Of a stretch of DNA of 64,000 bases, positions 13,522 through 25,870 are shown in pieces. Position 1 is the first letter of the stretch, and every line of letters begins with the position of its first letter. The notes under the pieces were generated by a model. That model saw only the letters and a program-made list of their open reading frames with translations, made no database searches and was not told the DNA's origin. The position numbers were made by a program, and so were the translations under genes. The DNA comes from Octopus vulgaris (Eukaryota): contig OX597822.1 in assembly GCA_951406725.2 (NCBI GenBank), forward strand, positions 57,846,001 to 57,910,000. Reading direction: 5' to 3'.

Positions 13522-14140
13522 GAGCATGCTGTCTCAGTTTGTTTGTGTTTGCGTGTGAGGGGGGTCAAGTCCTCCTGCAGCTAACTTTCACCGTAAAAAA
13601 GAATCCCGATGAATATAAATTGATGTGAGTAAACGAGATGGAGGTGTACAAGAAATATAGTATCACCGGTTGAACCACAACAAATAACGATCGAATGCAA
13701 AATTGTATCAATAAAACATACGTGTGTGGTGTGTGTACATGTGTCACATATACATATATTTATATATATATATAGATATATATATAGATATATATATATA
13801 ATGTATGTGGGAATGTACGCGTGTATGTATGTGTGGGTGTGTAGAGTGTACGGTTTGGGTATGTTTGTTTGTATGTGTGTATGTATGTATGTGTGTGTGT
13901 GTATGTATGTGCGCGCGTGTGTATTTGTGTTTTCAAACTAAAATTTAGGTTGTTTTGATATCTTGCAGTTATAGCAAGAATCCTAAAGGGAGATAAATAC
14001 ACACACACATATACATATGTGTGTGTGTGTGTAACAAAACGACCGTGAATTAGTGTCTATGGAAGCCGCAACTTGTCACATAAATTAGATTTACTTGTTG
14101 ATTGGTGCCCGCTTCGAGTTGATGGGGGGCGGGAAGCACC
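13522..14140 (-). promoter_or_regulatory. Candidate promoter / short first exon (ATG CTC | GTAAGT)
   Basis: Minus-strand ATG at 13527-13525, then CTC and a GTAAGT donor (13521-13516); CCAAT at 14101-14105 and a GC box at ~14125-14133; lies in a CpG-retaining, repeat-poor island. Confidence 0.3.
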
Positions 14141-14624
14141 TCAATTTACAAATTGCAAATTAACAATAGACAAGAAAGAAAAAAACTTTTTTCTGAGTAT
14201 TGTAGACAATTATCATTTATTTCGTTTTAATTTATGAATTGTTTGTATTCAAGTTAAATCGCTTGACATGCGAGTCTGTAAGTATGTATTTTTATTTGCG
14301 CGAGTGTGTGTATATTATGTAATATGTGTACACAAGTATTTTCTTCGAAAACTGTCGATATAGATAAGTTTATAGTAAAACTTTTACTAACCATAAGATT
14401 AGGACTAACACAAAATTATTGATACAGTTTCGACAGAATACTTAATTTGGGGGGAGGAATGTGAAGATATAAATTATGCATAATCTTTAAGATATAGTCA
14501 ATTTAATGAAGCTTAGATTCAAGTTAAATTCAGTGAAAGTTAAATTATTTGTATGTTTTGTTACATAATCCGTTTTTATGTAAGCAGAAAATTATATAAA
14601 TAAGAAGGAATGGAATATTAACGT

Positions 14625-14965
14625 TAAGGTAAATGATTCAAAAAAATCAACTCAGGAAAGACTTCCACCCGTCCCCACCCCATTTCCTTGTTTATTTTTG
14701 TAAAAAAAATTTTCCCCAAAAAAAAATCCCCGTTTTCGAATACGGAGGTCCCGGAAAATTGCCAAAAATCGGCATTGTGAAATTTCCTCCCCTTCCCTCC
14801 AACTTCTTCAATTTTGACTTTTTTCCCCAACACTAACCCTAAAACCCCAACCCTAAAAACCCTAACCCTCACCCTGAAACCGTAACCGTAAGTAAAGAAA
14901 TGTTTTGAAATTTTTGTCCGAATCATGATGTCCGTATTTTTGGTTGTCAAGTGGTAGCAAGGGAA
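14625..14965. repeat. Element with a telomere-like (TAACCC)n array, error-rich
   Basis: Degenerate taaccc units at 14833-14890 amid many homopolymer runs. Confidence 0.55.
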
Positions 14966-15150
14966 AAATACACACACAAAGGCACACAACGTGTGTGGTG
15001 TACGTATGTATATATATATATATATATATATATCAGATCAGACTGGGCCTGGTGCAGCCTTCTGGCTTCCCAGACCCCAGTTGAACCGTCCAACCCATGC
15101 TAGCATGGAAAGCGGATGCTAAACGAAGATGATGAGGATGATATATATAA

Positions 15151-15342
15151 AGGTGCATGGCTTAGTGGCATTTGGCTCATGATCGTAAGGTCATGAGTTC
15201 AATTCCTGGCAGCGCGTTGTGTCCTTGGGCAAGACACTTTATTTCACGTTGCTCCAGTCCACTCAGCTGGCAAAAATGAGTAGTACCTGTATTTCAAATG
15301 GCCAGCCTTGTCACACACTGTATCATGCTGAATCTCCCCAAG
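15151..15342 (+). mobile_element. tRNA-derived SINE, family C (Meta/MESC-like core)
   Basis: A box tggcttagtgg, B box gagttcaattcc, core gtgtccttgggcaagacact...cagtccactcagctg..aaatgagta. Confidence 0.8.
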
Positions 15343-15637
15343 ATATAGATATATGATATATATATATGTAATATATATATAGATATATGATATATATATA
15401 TATACATGTAATATACATATATAGATAGATAGATATAGATCAAAACATTTTGATTCAAATTCGTTGGTACTCTGAGTTTCAAGCATGATGATAGTCTGCA
15501 GCCATTTTGAATTTGAATGAAAGAAGTTGATTGTTATTATTGTAAGGTGAGCTGCAATTGGTCAGGGAAGGTCACGTAGTGTCGTGGTTTGATGTTGGTA
15601 TATTGGTATATTAGCAACAACAGCTGGTTGGAAAATA

Positions 15638-15729
15638 CCACATGAAGAACAAGAAATCGGCCACATGGTAGACAGGAAATCGACCATGTGATGGACAAGA
15701 AATTGACCATGTGGCAGACAGGAAATCAG
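15638..15729. repeat. 23-bp minisatellite, 4 copies
   Basis: Units such as ccacatggtagacaggaaatcga start at 15638, 15661, 15684 and 15707. Confidence 0.8.
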
Positions 15730-16451
15730 TTGAGTTTTTGGCGGGGAAGTAGGAAGGGGCAGTATGTGCAAGTATATAGTTGTATATTTTGGCTGTGTGG
15801 ACACGCTCATATGATTTTGCATGCATGTTTGTATTGATACAAGCATGCACATCTGTACATGGGCATGCATACTCCCCCACCCCACACACACACATATGAA
15901 CAGACATGCTCACTCATACACACATGTTCACACACACACATGCATATTCATTTATATGTATATATGCATGTATGTACACATGCATATTAGTGTGCCTGTG
16001 CATATGCATACTTGTGCATGCACATGCATGAGTATACATGCGCATAACAAGCATTGGGGATTGATAAGCGTTGGGAATTGGTAAGGATTGGTAATTGGCA
16101 GTACTGCTCATGGGGTTGGTTGGTGAAAGTGACCTTGGTGCAGGTTGTCCTGCTCATGGGGTTGGTTGGTGACGGTGACCTTGGTGCAGGCAGTGCAGAG
16201 TAACTGCACTAGATGTTACACAACTAATCAATGGTACTAAAGTGGTATATCCAGGTTTCTTTCAATTTCCATCTACCAAATCCATTCACAAGGCTTTGAT
16301 CATCCTGAGACTATAGTAGAAAACACTCACCAAAAGTGCCACTCAGTGGGACTGAACCCGGAATCACATGGTTGGGAAGCAAACTTCTTACCACACAGCC
16401 ATACCTGCACCCTTGTGTTCATTTTTGCGTAAATATCTATCCATTTATTTT

Positions 16452-16794
16452 CAGTTGTTCTCAACCAGGGTCCATATGGCGCCTGATAGTCCATATAAAA
16501 TTTTTGGGGGTCCACACAACAAAATAATAAATTGGGAATCCGTAATAGTATTTTAAGGACCACTGAAAAATTTTGCTTTAGATGTATGTATTTGTATGTA
16601 TTATAAGAAGCAGCTTGGTTTCATTCTCCAACATTTTGCATACATCTACAAAAGTTAATGTGTGAAAAACAAAATAAAAATGTTGAAAGAAATTTATATA
16701 AAACTAGTCTTTCAATATCAAATGGCTATGGGGGTCCACCAGAAAAGAATAGTAATCAAAGGGGTCCATAGATAAAAATGGTTAAGAACCCCTG
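16452..16794. mobile_element. hAT (Charlie-like) MITE
   Basis: Termini cagttgttctcaacc / ggttaagaacccctg; a related end occurs at 20624. Confidence 0.75.
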
Positions 16795-17443
16795 CTCTAG
16801 ATGTTACACAACTGATCAATGATAGGTAGAGCCTCCCTAGAGAAATTATGCAAGGCAGAACATAACTGCTTCCCCTTGGAGGGGAGAATCTCAAAATTCA
16901 AGGGGGCTGTGAGATTTTTTTTTGGGGGGGGGGGTTGTGTGTGTTTCTTTAGGGGTCTGTCAAATATTCACTAACCCTTCTTTGGCTCTCCAGCCCCAGA
17001 CAATATGTACCAGTTGAACCCTGCTCTTACAGACTTTGATGATAGGTAGAAAGATATTGAAAAGGAATGCTTCATATGCTGAACCTGATGAGTCAGTCTC
17101 CTGTGCTGATCCATCATAAAATCTTCATTTTTTTTTGTATTGTACTTTTTCTACTTGTTTCCTCTTTGTAAGCTAATGTGGTAGTCTTCAGAATGCCATT
17201 CTGTTGAAATTCATCAGACATCCCCTCACATTACTTTTATAAGACTGACCACAGCAATTGGAAATGTTAAAAATCTATTTCTTTCAAGTGAGAGGGAAAT
17301 TTTTCAACAAGCTTCTTGACCACACAGCCATGCCTATGCCTAAATGTATGAAATTTAGTTATATATATTTGAGATTTTATGTAAAAAGCCTTTTTATAAA
17401 AAAAAATAATAAAGCTTGATTAAAGCAAAATGAGAAAGAGAAT

Positions 17444-17656
17444 TCTTTTCTACTTTAGGCACAAGGCCTGAAATTTTGGGGGAGGGGCCCGTCGATTAGA
17501 TCAACCCCAGTATGCACTGGTACTTAATTTATTGACCCCGAAAGGATGAAAGGCAAAGTTGACCTCAGCGGAATTTGAACTCAGAACGTAAAGATAGATG
17601 AAATACCACTAAGCATTTCATCCAGTGTACTAACATTTCTGCCAACTCATCGCCTT
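17444..17656 (-). mobile_element. SINE family B
   Basis: Reverse-complement match to the head and core of 1753-1987. Confidence 0.8.
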
Positions 17657-18259
17657 AGTGAGAGGGAAAATTCAATGAAAATATTAACGAAATTGTGTGT
17701 ATTTGGGGAGTATTCTGTGAAATTAAATGATTTCCTATGGGAAAGTTAACAAATGAGATCTATTTTGTTTCTGTAGCATGGTTGGAGGGGTGTAGATATG
17801 TATGTATTTGTAGTGTTTGTGGGGTGGTGTGGAGGTGAATGTGTATATAGTGTGTTGGTGTTACTGTTGGTTTTGGTGGTGGTGGTGGTGGTGGTGTTTA
17901 GTACCAAACATGCTTTGCTCAAGCAAAGCTGTAATCAAATGCATTCCAACCATGGCCATCAATTTTATTTTCAGGCATAGCATATCCAAATGACATTATC
18001 CAATGAGTTCTATTTATAAGGTGGTAGAGTGTGATTTGAAAGTGATTTGGCTGCTATTTTCAGCAAGTCAAGTGACTGTATTAAGGCTACCACATGTGCC
18101 AGTGGGAGGTGAATGTGTGAGGGTGTATATTAAATATATATAAATAACTAATATCTCTGTATATTAAATATATGTAAATAACTAATATCTCTATATTGAT
18201 TCTCGGTTGTGTCCCAAGCAGAAATATTATATTCCTTTTATGAGTCTCACCATCTTGAA

Positions 18260-19090
18260 ATCAGTTTTCATCACTTCAGCTCTTGTCTTTCTAGTCTTCC
18301 TCTTCGACAGGCACCATCAGCTTTAAGCCCTTGACACTTCTTTATGCTGCTGACATCATCCATATACATCACATACCCATACCATTGCAGTTTTATTTCT
18401 TGTAAACAGCATCTAATTTATCTTATGCACATTTATTCTCTCAAGTCATTTGTGTTGTATCATTAATGCACACTGACATTTTACATTCAGCAGGGCATGC
18501 TTGCCTCGTTTCTTTCTAAGCCTTCGCATATCCTCTGCGTTCATGACCCAGATGTTACTATCATGTAGCAATCCACTTCACACACAAACATCATACAATC
18601 TGCCTTTCATTTGAAGAGAGAGAGCTCTGTTTATCAACAGATGTATTAACACTGAACTTGTTTTTACTTTGGCTATTATGCTTTCAGTGCACACACTCCC
18701 ACTACTAATGTGATGATCTAAGAAACAAAGACCATTGACTAATTATAGGAAGCCTTCTGAGCAGTAGAAAGAATCATTTTTATGGGTACACTCCAAGCAA
18801 AGTTGCCCTTCCAGTTAGCCTACCTGTGATCCCACTATACCTCCTGTGCATCCATTGTTTAAACTAAGCACAGTATAGAGTTTCTACCTATTCTTTTTCT
18901 GCAAACTAAGCATAGCCATTTCCCTGACAGCATCAGGGATATGTCTTCTTTTATACTTATCATGGCTTTAGTCTTCACTCAGTTTACCTTAAGGTCCTTC
19001 AATTCCAGATTTTGTTTCTATGTCTGGAATTTCTTCTCCAAATCTTACACAGATTCTACAATGAGAACAAGGTCATCAGCATACAGGAGT
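18260..19090 (-). mobile_element. RTE LINE reverse transcriptase 3' remnant, heavily decayed
   Basis: LLYADDLVLI at ~19060-19090, then a Cys/His finger; homologous to 43082-44490. Confidence 0.75.
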
Positions 19091-19642
19091 TACATACAGG
19101 CAAGCAGGCAGGGAGGCATGCAAACAGGGCCAACCCTAGGGTTACTGGTGCCCCAGGCAAGCGGAACTTCAATGCCCTTACGAGTATAATTTTTAAAGCT
19201 TTCACAAAGAGAAAAATTGAAAATATAGACTAAAAAGCACATGGTGCCTCAGACAACTGCCCCAGTTTCCGGTACCTTGAACTGGCCCAACAGGCAGGTG
19301 AGCAGATAGGAAGATACACAGACAGACAGAAGCTTCTACAACATTCAGACCTCCTTCTATCATCAGCCTTTCTTTGGATCCAAGATCTACATTGTAGGAA
19401 AACATTACTATGCAATGAATATTTATAGTGGTATTGAAGGTACACATTTCTCAAATTAATTTGGGCAAGTATTTGGCTATTTTCATTATTGGCAGCTCAT
19501 GAACATATATTTGTCATTTATGAAAGAAGTTATTGTGAGTGAGTGAGCTAAATTTAAGATAAGTGAATAATTATTATTTCTGTAATTTTTTTTTAATTAT
19601 TCCTTCTTTTCCTTCTTTTTGACAAATATGTTCTGCCATTAT

Positions 19643-20390
19643 TCAAACTATTCTAACAACAATTTTCTTTGTTCCACTTCCAATTATGTCTGGCTGGCCA
19701 CATTCTCCATCTAGCCAACCAACAACACTCTTGTTGAAAAGAATCCATTTTTCATCACATGTAACAATACGAGGCAAAAATGGTTCGCTTTTATGCCGTG
19801 ACAGCAAAGAACAGCAAGTTTCAAGATGATGTGTCATTTGATGCTCATTCAAGTAGTACCCACTTGTCCAGCTTTTTTACCTTGCTGATTTGTTTCAGAT
19901 GGTCCGATACAGTTAGAATCAAAACATCAAACCTTGCTGCTAACTCATGCATAGTTTGAGATGTATCCACCTCCACTACAGTTTCTAACTCATTCTTATC
20001 CACCTTGGTCTCAGGTCTAATACGGGGCTGATTTTCAAGAGTAAAGTCACCAGACCGGAACTTTTCAAACCATCAACATACAGTGCACTCATTTGCCACA
20101 TCTTCACCAAACACCTCGTTGATGTTTCGAGCTGTCTGGGATGCATGGTTCCATGACAGAACTCATATTCATAAACAACACCAATTTTTTAATCTATCCA
20201 TAGGTTCATAAAAATTGATTCACAAGAGAAAACACATTATAATCAGACAACATGAATTGCATTTCGCAAAAAGTGATGATGTAATTCTTCAATGTTGTAA
20301 AACAAAGAATTGTCAGGATAAAACATTAGAGTTGATGATTGTCAAACTTGGTGAATAACAAAATCAGACATTTCATTCTTAATGACCTGA
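19643..20390 (-). mobile_element. mariner transposon, 5' part (3'-truncated)
   Basis: PFLPRIVTCDEKWILFN (first catalytic D motif) and HTH region; terminus abuts (TA)n at ~20390. Confidence 0.85.
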
Positions 20391-21598
20391 TATATATATA
20401 TATATATATATAGTTCAGGTAAAATTGCATCTAATGATGTAATAATGTAATAGGTGTATACATAAGTGCTCAGGTTGCCTTATCACCTAAAACTCTGACT
20501 TGGAACTGCAACTAAAATAAAAAGTGCCTAGCAATGAAAGTCTATAACTGGTATAGCACTGAGTGGGTGCATATACAACAGAAAGAAAGAATGTACAGTC
20601 AAACAACTGGTATCAGTTTAGAGCAGTGGTTCTCAACCATTTTTTGCTTATGGACCAGCTTTGATTCCTAATTTACTCAGATGAACCCGCTTAGCCTTTC
20701 AATGTTTAAAAAAAAATTCTATTTTATTTTTATAGTTAAATATCATTAGGAATTGTATAATAAAAAATAGATATAGAAAATTATATATATAGTCACAATG
20801 AGGATATTTAAACCTCTTATAGGGATATTTTATCCAAGATATACTGGTTTACTCTTTTACTCTTACACTTGTTTCAGTCATTTGACTGTGGCCATGCTGG
20901 AGCACCGCCTTTAGTTTAATATATATTTGAAGAGATATTTCTTCAATGAATATCTATATATGTAAAACTCAACCTGTGTGTTTAACTTCCCACCACATCT
21001 CCTAGCCAACAAATCGTAGAACCACCAAAAATGGGTCACTTAAAGTTTAGGCAAATGAAAATTGAACTGCGCTATTTCTGTTCCGAAATTCATCTCGCAA
21101 GTGCAAAAATCGATAATGTGTTTGTTTAGGCCTTATCCCATGCATTGAATAGTGAACTTTACTCAGTCAGCTGTTTGACGTGAACTGTGTTCACCACGCA
21201 TGCAAGCATGCGTAAATTGCATGAAAAATAAAAAATCAAGATATAAAAACGAATCGCCGTAAACATTCTAGAAATTCGGCAAAGAAATGAGTTTTCGGGA
21301 TGTAGCCTGGAGGGTTTTTTCGTATTAATCGTTTGGACTTTTTGAACACATACCAATTGTTTTCATAACATTTTTTACGCTTTGAATTAAATGTGACCAT
21401 TTATGTTGAGTCTGCAGTTTGAATCACTTTAACCAAATTTTTTATCATCACGATACATCGCTAGCGACTCCCTGAAACTCTCCCCTGAAATCCCCGTTGA
21501 GAAATCTATATATATAAAACTCAACTTGTGTGTCTGTGTGTTTAACTTTTGGATCTACCAAGTTGCATTATTAAAGATGGAAAGTAGTGTGTAGCAAA

Positions 21599-21986
21599 TC
21601 TATATATATAAAGCTGAAGTTGTCTGTGTGTGGCAGGTTTGGTAGCCTTCAACTAACACTATCTCCTTTGAGACCCTGCAGCGCAAGTTGACCAAAATTG
21701 AGAGTATGATAGAAGAAGGCTTGCTCTTCATTCTGTAGAAGATAAAATTCAAATCGGACCATGTTAAGACCAAAAATTATTTACATCAAAAAGGTGCTTT
21801 TTTCTATGAATATCTTTATTTTTTACGATTTTTGACTGCTGTGTCACCATTTTTCGGTGTATTTCAACTGGAAAAATGTTCACTTGAAGAGAATAACAAG
21901 TTGCATAATGCAAAATTTTTACTTTTCAAAAGTTCCAATTCTAAAGGTTCGAAACAAACCCAAGCAACACCGGGTGATACTGCTAG
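21599..21986 (+). mobile_element. Non-autonomous Helitron
   Basis: 5' TCTATATATATAAA, subterminal hairpin-like cccaagcaacaccggg, 3' CTAG; inserted between A and T with no TSD. Confidence 0.85.
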
Positions 21987-22125
21987 TATTATATAAAATA
22001 TCGTAAAATATCAAACATTATTATCAAGTTAGAACATTATTATCAAGTTAGAGATGCAATGGAGGCTAATTAATTAACATATTCACATACAATTGTTTCA
22101 TTTCACAAACAAAATTAAAAATACA

Positions 22126-22407
22126 AAAACATACAAATATATAATTTTGCATTTTAAATACCTTGTATGGAAAATCATCAGGGTGTACAAAGGACAATAC
22201 AAGGATTACATTAAGACACATTTGGAATATTCAGAATATATAAATATGTTTAATTTGTGTGTATGTATATTTGTGTGTGCACATATACATATACATGTAA
22301 TAAACTTGCTTATACATTCTGAGTGTTCCAAACGTGTCTTAATGTAATCCTTGTATGATTTTCCATACAAGGTATTTAAAATGCAAAATTATATATTTAT
22401 ATGTTTT
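22126..22407. repeat. Long inverted repeat (fold-back)
   Basis: Arm 22126-22240 is the reverse complement of 22312-22407 (one ~19-bp indel). Confidence 0.9.
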
Positions 22408-22417
22408 CTAATTTTAA

Positions 22418-23631
22418 GCAGCTCTTTGTGGAGTGGGTGAATTTGATCTTTGGTCTTGACATTAAAGAATATCTCCAGGAAAATAATCTACCCCTGCCAG
22501 CCCTTCTCCTGGACAATGCACCTACTCACCCACTTAACCTCGAAGATGACATCCTCAAAAGGTTCATGTTTATAAAAGTTCTCTACCTTCCACCCAACAC
22601 CACCCCTATCCTTCAGGCCATGGACCAGCATGAGGATCCTAATTTCAAGAAGCTCTTCACCAAGCACCTGTTCCACTGCTGCTTTGAGGTGACGGAGAGC
22701 ACAAACCTCACCCTTCAAGAGTTCTGGAAAGACTACTACAACATTGTGATATACCTCAGAATTATCAATATGGCTTGGTAGAGTGTTACAAAGATGACCT
22801 TGACCTCTGCATGGAAGAAGCTGTAGCCTGAAGTTGTGTCTGAAACAGACTTTAAAAGACTCAAACCCAAGGCAACAGCAGTGGAGAAAATTGTATCCTT
22901 TAGCAAGTCCATGGGCCTGGGCATGGATGAAGGTGACATGAATGAGCTCATCAAGGAGCACTCCAAGGAACTCACAATAGAGGAGCTACAGACACAGCAG
23001 CACATGGAGGTTTTGCAGGAAATAGGTGACACAGAGGAGGCTATCTTTACCAGTGTGATATAGGAAATGTTGGGAATATGGGAGAAACTTCCAGACCTTA
23101 TTCAAAAGAAACACCCAGAAAAAGTTGCATCTGGGTGTGCAACAGCGCTGTTTAAGGACACTTGACTAACTCATTTCAGAAATGCTCGGAAAGTGAGGAT
23201 GAAACAAACCTTATTGGATAGGTTTTTATCAAAAATTCCTATAGATGAAAGTGAGGAAAGCATGACAAAAAGGGGCAAAAATCAGCAAATAAGATTCAGT
23301 TATTCAGTTCAGCCTCTCTCCTCCACCTCTGTCAGCATCCTCAAGTTATCTGATCACCAAAGTAAATGTTGTACATTATACTTAAGAAAACCAGTTTATT
23401 ACAGTACATTCTATTGTATTGTTTTTTTTATACAATATTTGTTATTTATAAATACATTTCTCTTATTTAAAAACACGTAACAAAAATAATTGCCATGTTT
23501 TTTTAAGGGCCCAGAACAGATTAATGGCATTGCAATTAATTTCAATGGGGAAATTTGATTTGACATACGAGTAATTTGAGTTATGAGCTCCTCCACAGAA
23601 CAAATTAAACTCATAAGTCAAGGTACCACTG
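22418..23631 (+). mobile_element. Tigger/pogo DNA transposon remnant (DDE_1 transposase pseudogene + right TIR)
   Basis: ALLLDNAPTHP...YLPPNTTPILQAMDQ, KQTLLDRF C-terminus with stops; right end aggtaccactg. Confidence 0.9.
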
Positions 23632-23995
23632 CACTTATATATGTGGCTGTCCTGAAAGGGATGCTTGTTTCTGTTGTCTAGCCCCATTATGTTAGCAAAT
23701 AGTCTTTACTATATATGTCTGTGTCTGTGTGTGTGTATAAAAAAATAAAAGTAACAAATGGATTATCCAGTATTGCTAGAATTGTTTTATTTAGAGATTT
23801 TACTGCATTGTAACATCATACCGGCAGGTATGTATGAAGTGCAGCATTTATAAGATACTGCAAAGCAAGACAGAAAAACTCTCAAATCTTCAGGTTGCAT
23901 GATGTTGCATAAGAGCAAATATCAACATACTACTAGATAGCATAGCCCAATGGTATGTGCCCCATTATTAAGTGATCCTCTTTAATCAATATATA

Positions 23996-24864
23996 CATGG
24001 TGCAGTGAATAAACTGTTGTCTAAATTATGCAAGAATGAAAATAACACTGACATCTCATTTTAACAGATATATTTACCAAAATTACATAAAAATATCTTG
24101 AAATACTAAAGAGTAAATTTATCCAGTAAAATCGCCATTGGCTTCAACCATGGCCTCCAGAAAACTCTGGAATCTCCTGCAACTCTTCTGAGCGGTCTCC
24201 TTGTTCAAGTTGGTGAATGCTGCCATAATCCTCGCCTTCAGTTCATCTTTGGTGTTACAAGGAGTTTTGATGATCTCTCGCTTAACTGTGCACCACACAT
24301 AATAATCAAGGGGTTGCAGTCTGAGGAGTTGGGTAGCCAGATGCTAGGGATGGTGTGATCAAAGAAATTCTCTGACAGCCATGACTAGGTTCTCTTGCTT
24401 GTGTGGCATGATGCAGAGTCCTGTTGCCAGACATAGCGTGTTCCAGCAACTACCCTCTTGACCCAGGGCAGCACTACCTCCTCCAGGCACTTGAAGTAGG
24501 TTTCTGTGTTGAGTCTGAGGCCATGTAGGAAGATGAATGGAAACATAACATCACCATCACTAGTGATCACTCCAAATACCATGAAGTTGACTGGATGTTT
24601 GATTTTTATCACTCTCAGTACATGTCCTCAGATTGACACCCAAACACTCTAAAATGTTCTTATTGGAGCTTCCGATGCAAATGCCAAGCAGTACAGCATG
24701 TCATTTCCAAATTTCTGGCAGGGTGAATTGCATCATGGTGCTGTTTTTTCTCATAGACAGTGCCCAACTGACCCTACTATACTATGTAGTCAACAAAATC
24801 AAAAAGAACGCGCATGCACGAAATTAACAATATAAAATGGTGACAATTTACCCATCACACTTTG
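23996..24864 (-). mobile_element. maT (DD37D) Tc1/mariner internal-deletion derivative
   Basis: VMVFG-like motif; QQD followed by 37 codons then D (WLPNSSDCNPLDY); TA flanks; second copy at 45540-46380. Confidence 0.88.
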
Positions 24865-24912
24865 TATATACACACACTTTTATATACATACAAATACATA
24901 AATAGATATATA

Positions 24913-25090
24913 TGAAAGGCTGCTGAAAAGTTCCTGGCTTTAAGAGTATCATGAAAGGCCTGGTTGGAGGCCCAACCTTCCGAGTTCTTTTACAAGGCTT
25001 AGAAAAACTGAAGGACTGCTGCAATAAGTGTGTGAATCTGAGATGTTGAATAAAATCCTGTATTTTCTTTTATCCAAAGCCAGGAATTTG
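24913..25090. mobile_element. mariner-type MITE
   Basis: tgctgaaaagttcctggcttt / aaagccaggaa TIRs; same family as 32771-33040. Confidence 0.75.
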
Positions 25091-25677
25091 TCATATCATT
25101 TTTATGCAACCTTTCCACTGAGCAGGTGGTAGGTTAATTCCAATCAAGAGGAACAAAAACATGCATAAGCAGTCATGCATTCATTCACATTCTCATACAC
25201 ACACACACACACACACACATACATACATACATAAATGATGGCTACAACTCAAATTTGAGCAAAATTATCACTTGATTGTTCTCTTAAACACAAGCAGTAT
25301 AGATGTGACATTTCAGTTCTGCTAGGGACTTTTGCACAGATGTAGCAACAAGGTCATTGGACCAGGTGTTCAGATAGCTTATCACCCATGCTTACGCATG
25401 CCTGCATTCCATCATGGAATTTTTCATTCAACGTTTTGCTTTTTCAGCTATGGCCAGCCATAGTATGCAAGTAATGACACAGCCAGAGTGTGCACTGCCA
25501 GCTCTTGGGTTTGCACCTTCCAGTCCTCCAAAAGCTTATACAGCACGCTCAAAAGTGCCATTGCCTGAAGCAAACCACCTCCATCCTCCCTTCACACACT
25601 AAAGCTATGCCATTATATACAATACATATAGATGTATATATATACATATATACAATACATATAGATCTATACGAAGG

Positions 25678-25870
25678 AGCACTGCATCCTTCAAAACTTC
25701 CATGCTTCCTGAGATTTGCCAACACTACACTTGATTTTCTCCCCTCCATACACACACAAGCATGTATCTGACTCATACACTGTTCACTTTCCAGACTTTA
25801 TATGCACTTTCTGACAAGTTGTGGTGCACCTGAGCACTGTATACAATAATTTCATTATTATATTATTATT
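25678..25870 (+). mobile_element. LINE 3' end (CR1-like) with (TTA)n tail
   Basis: ...TASFKTSMLPEI C-terminus, ggtgcacctgagcactgtatacaataa(tta)n; second copy at 60597-60830 (-). Confidence 0.6.

Noticed and set aside
15638-15729. CRISPR-like array
   Set aside because: Head-to-tail 23-bp units without unique spacers, no cas genes, eukaryotic context.
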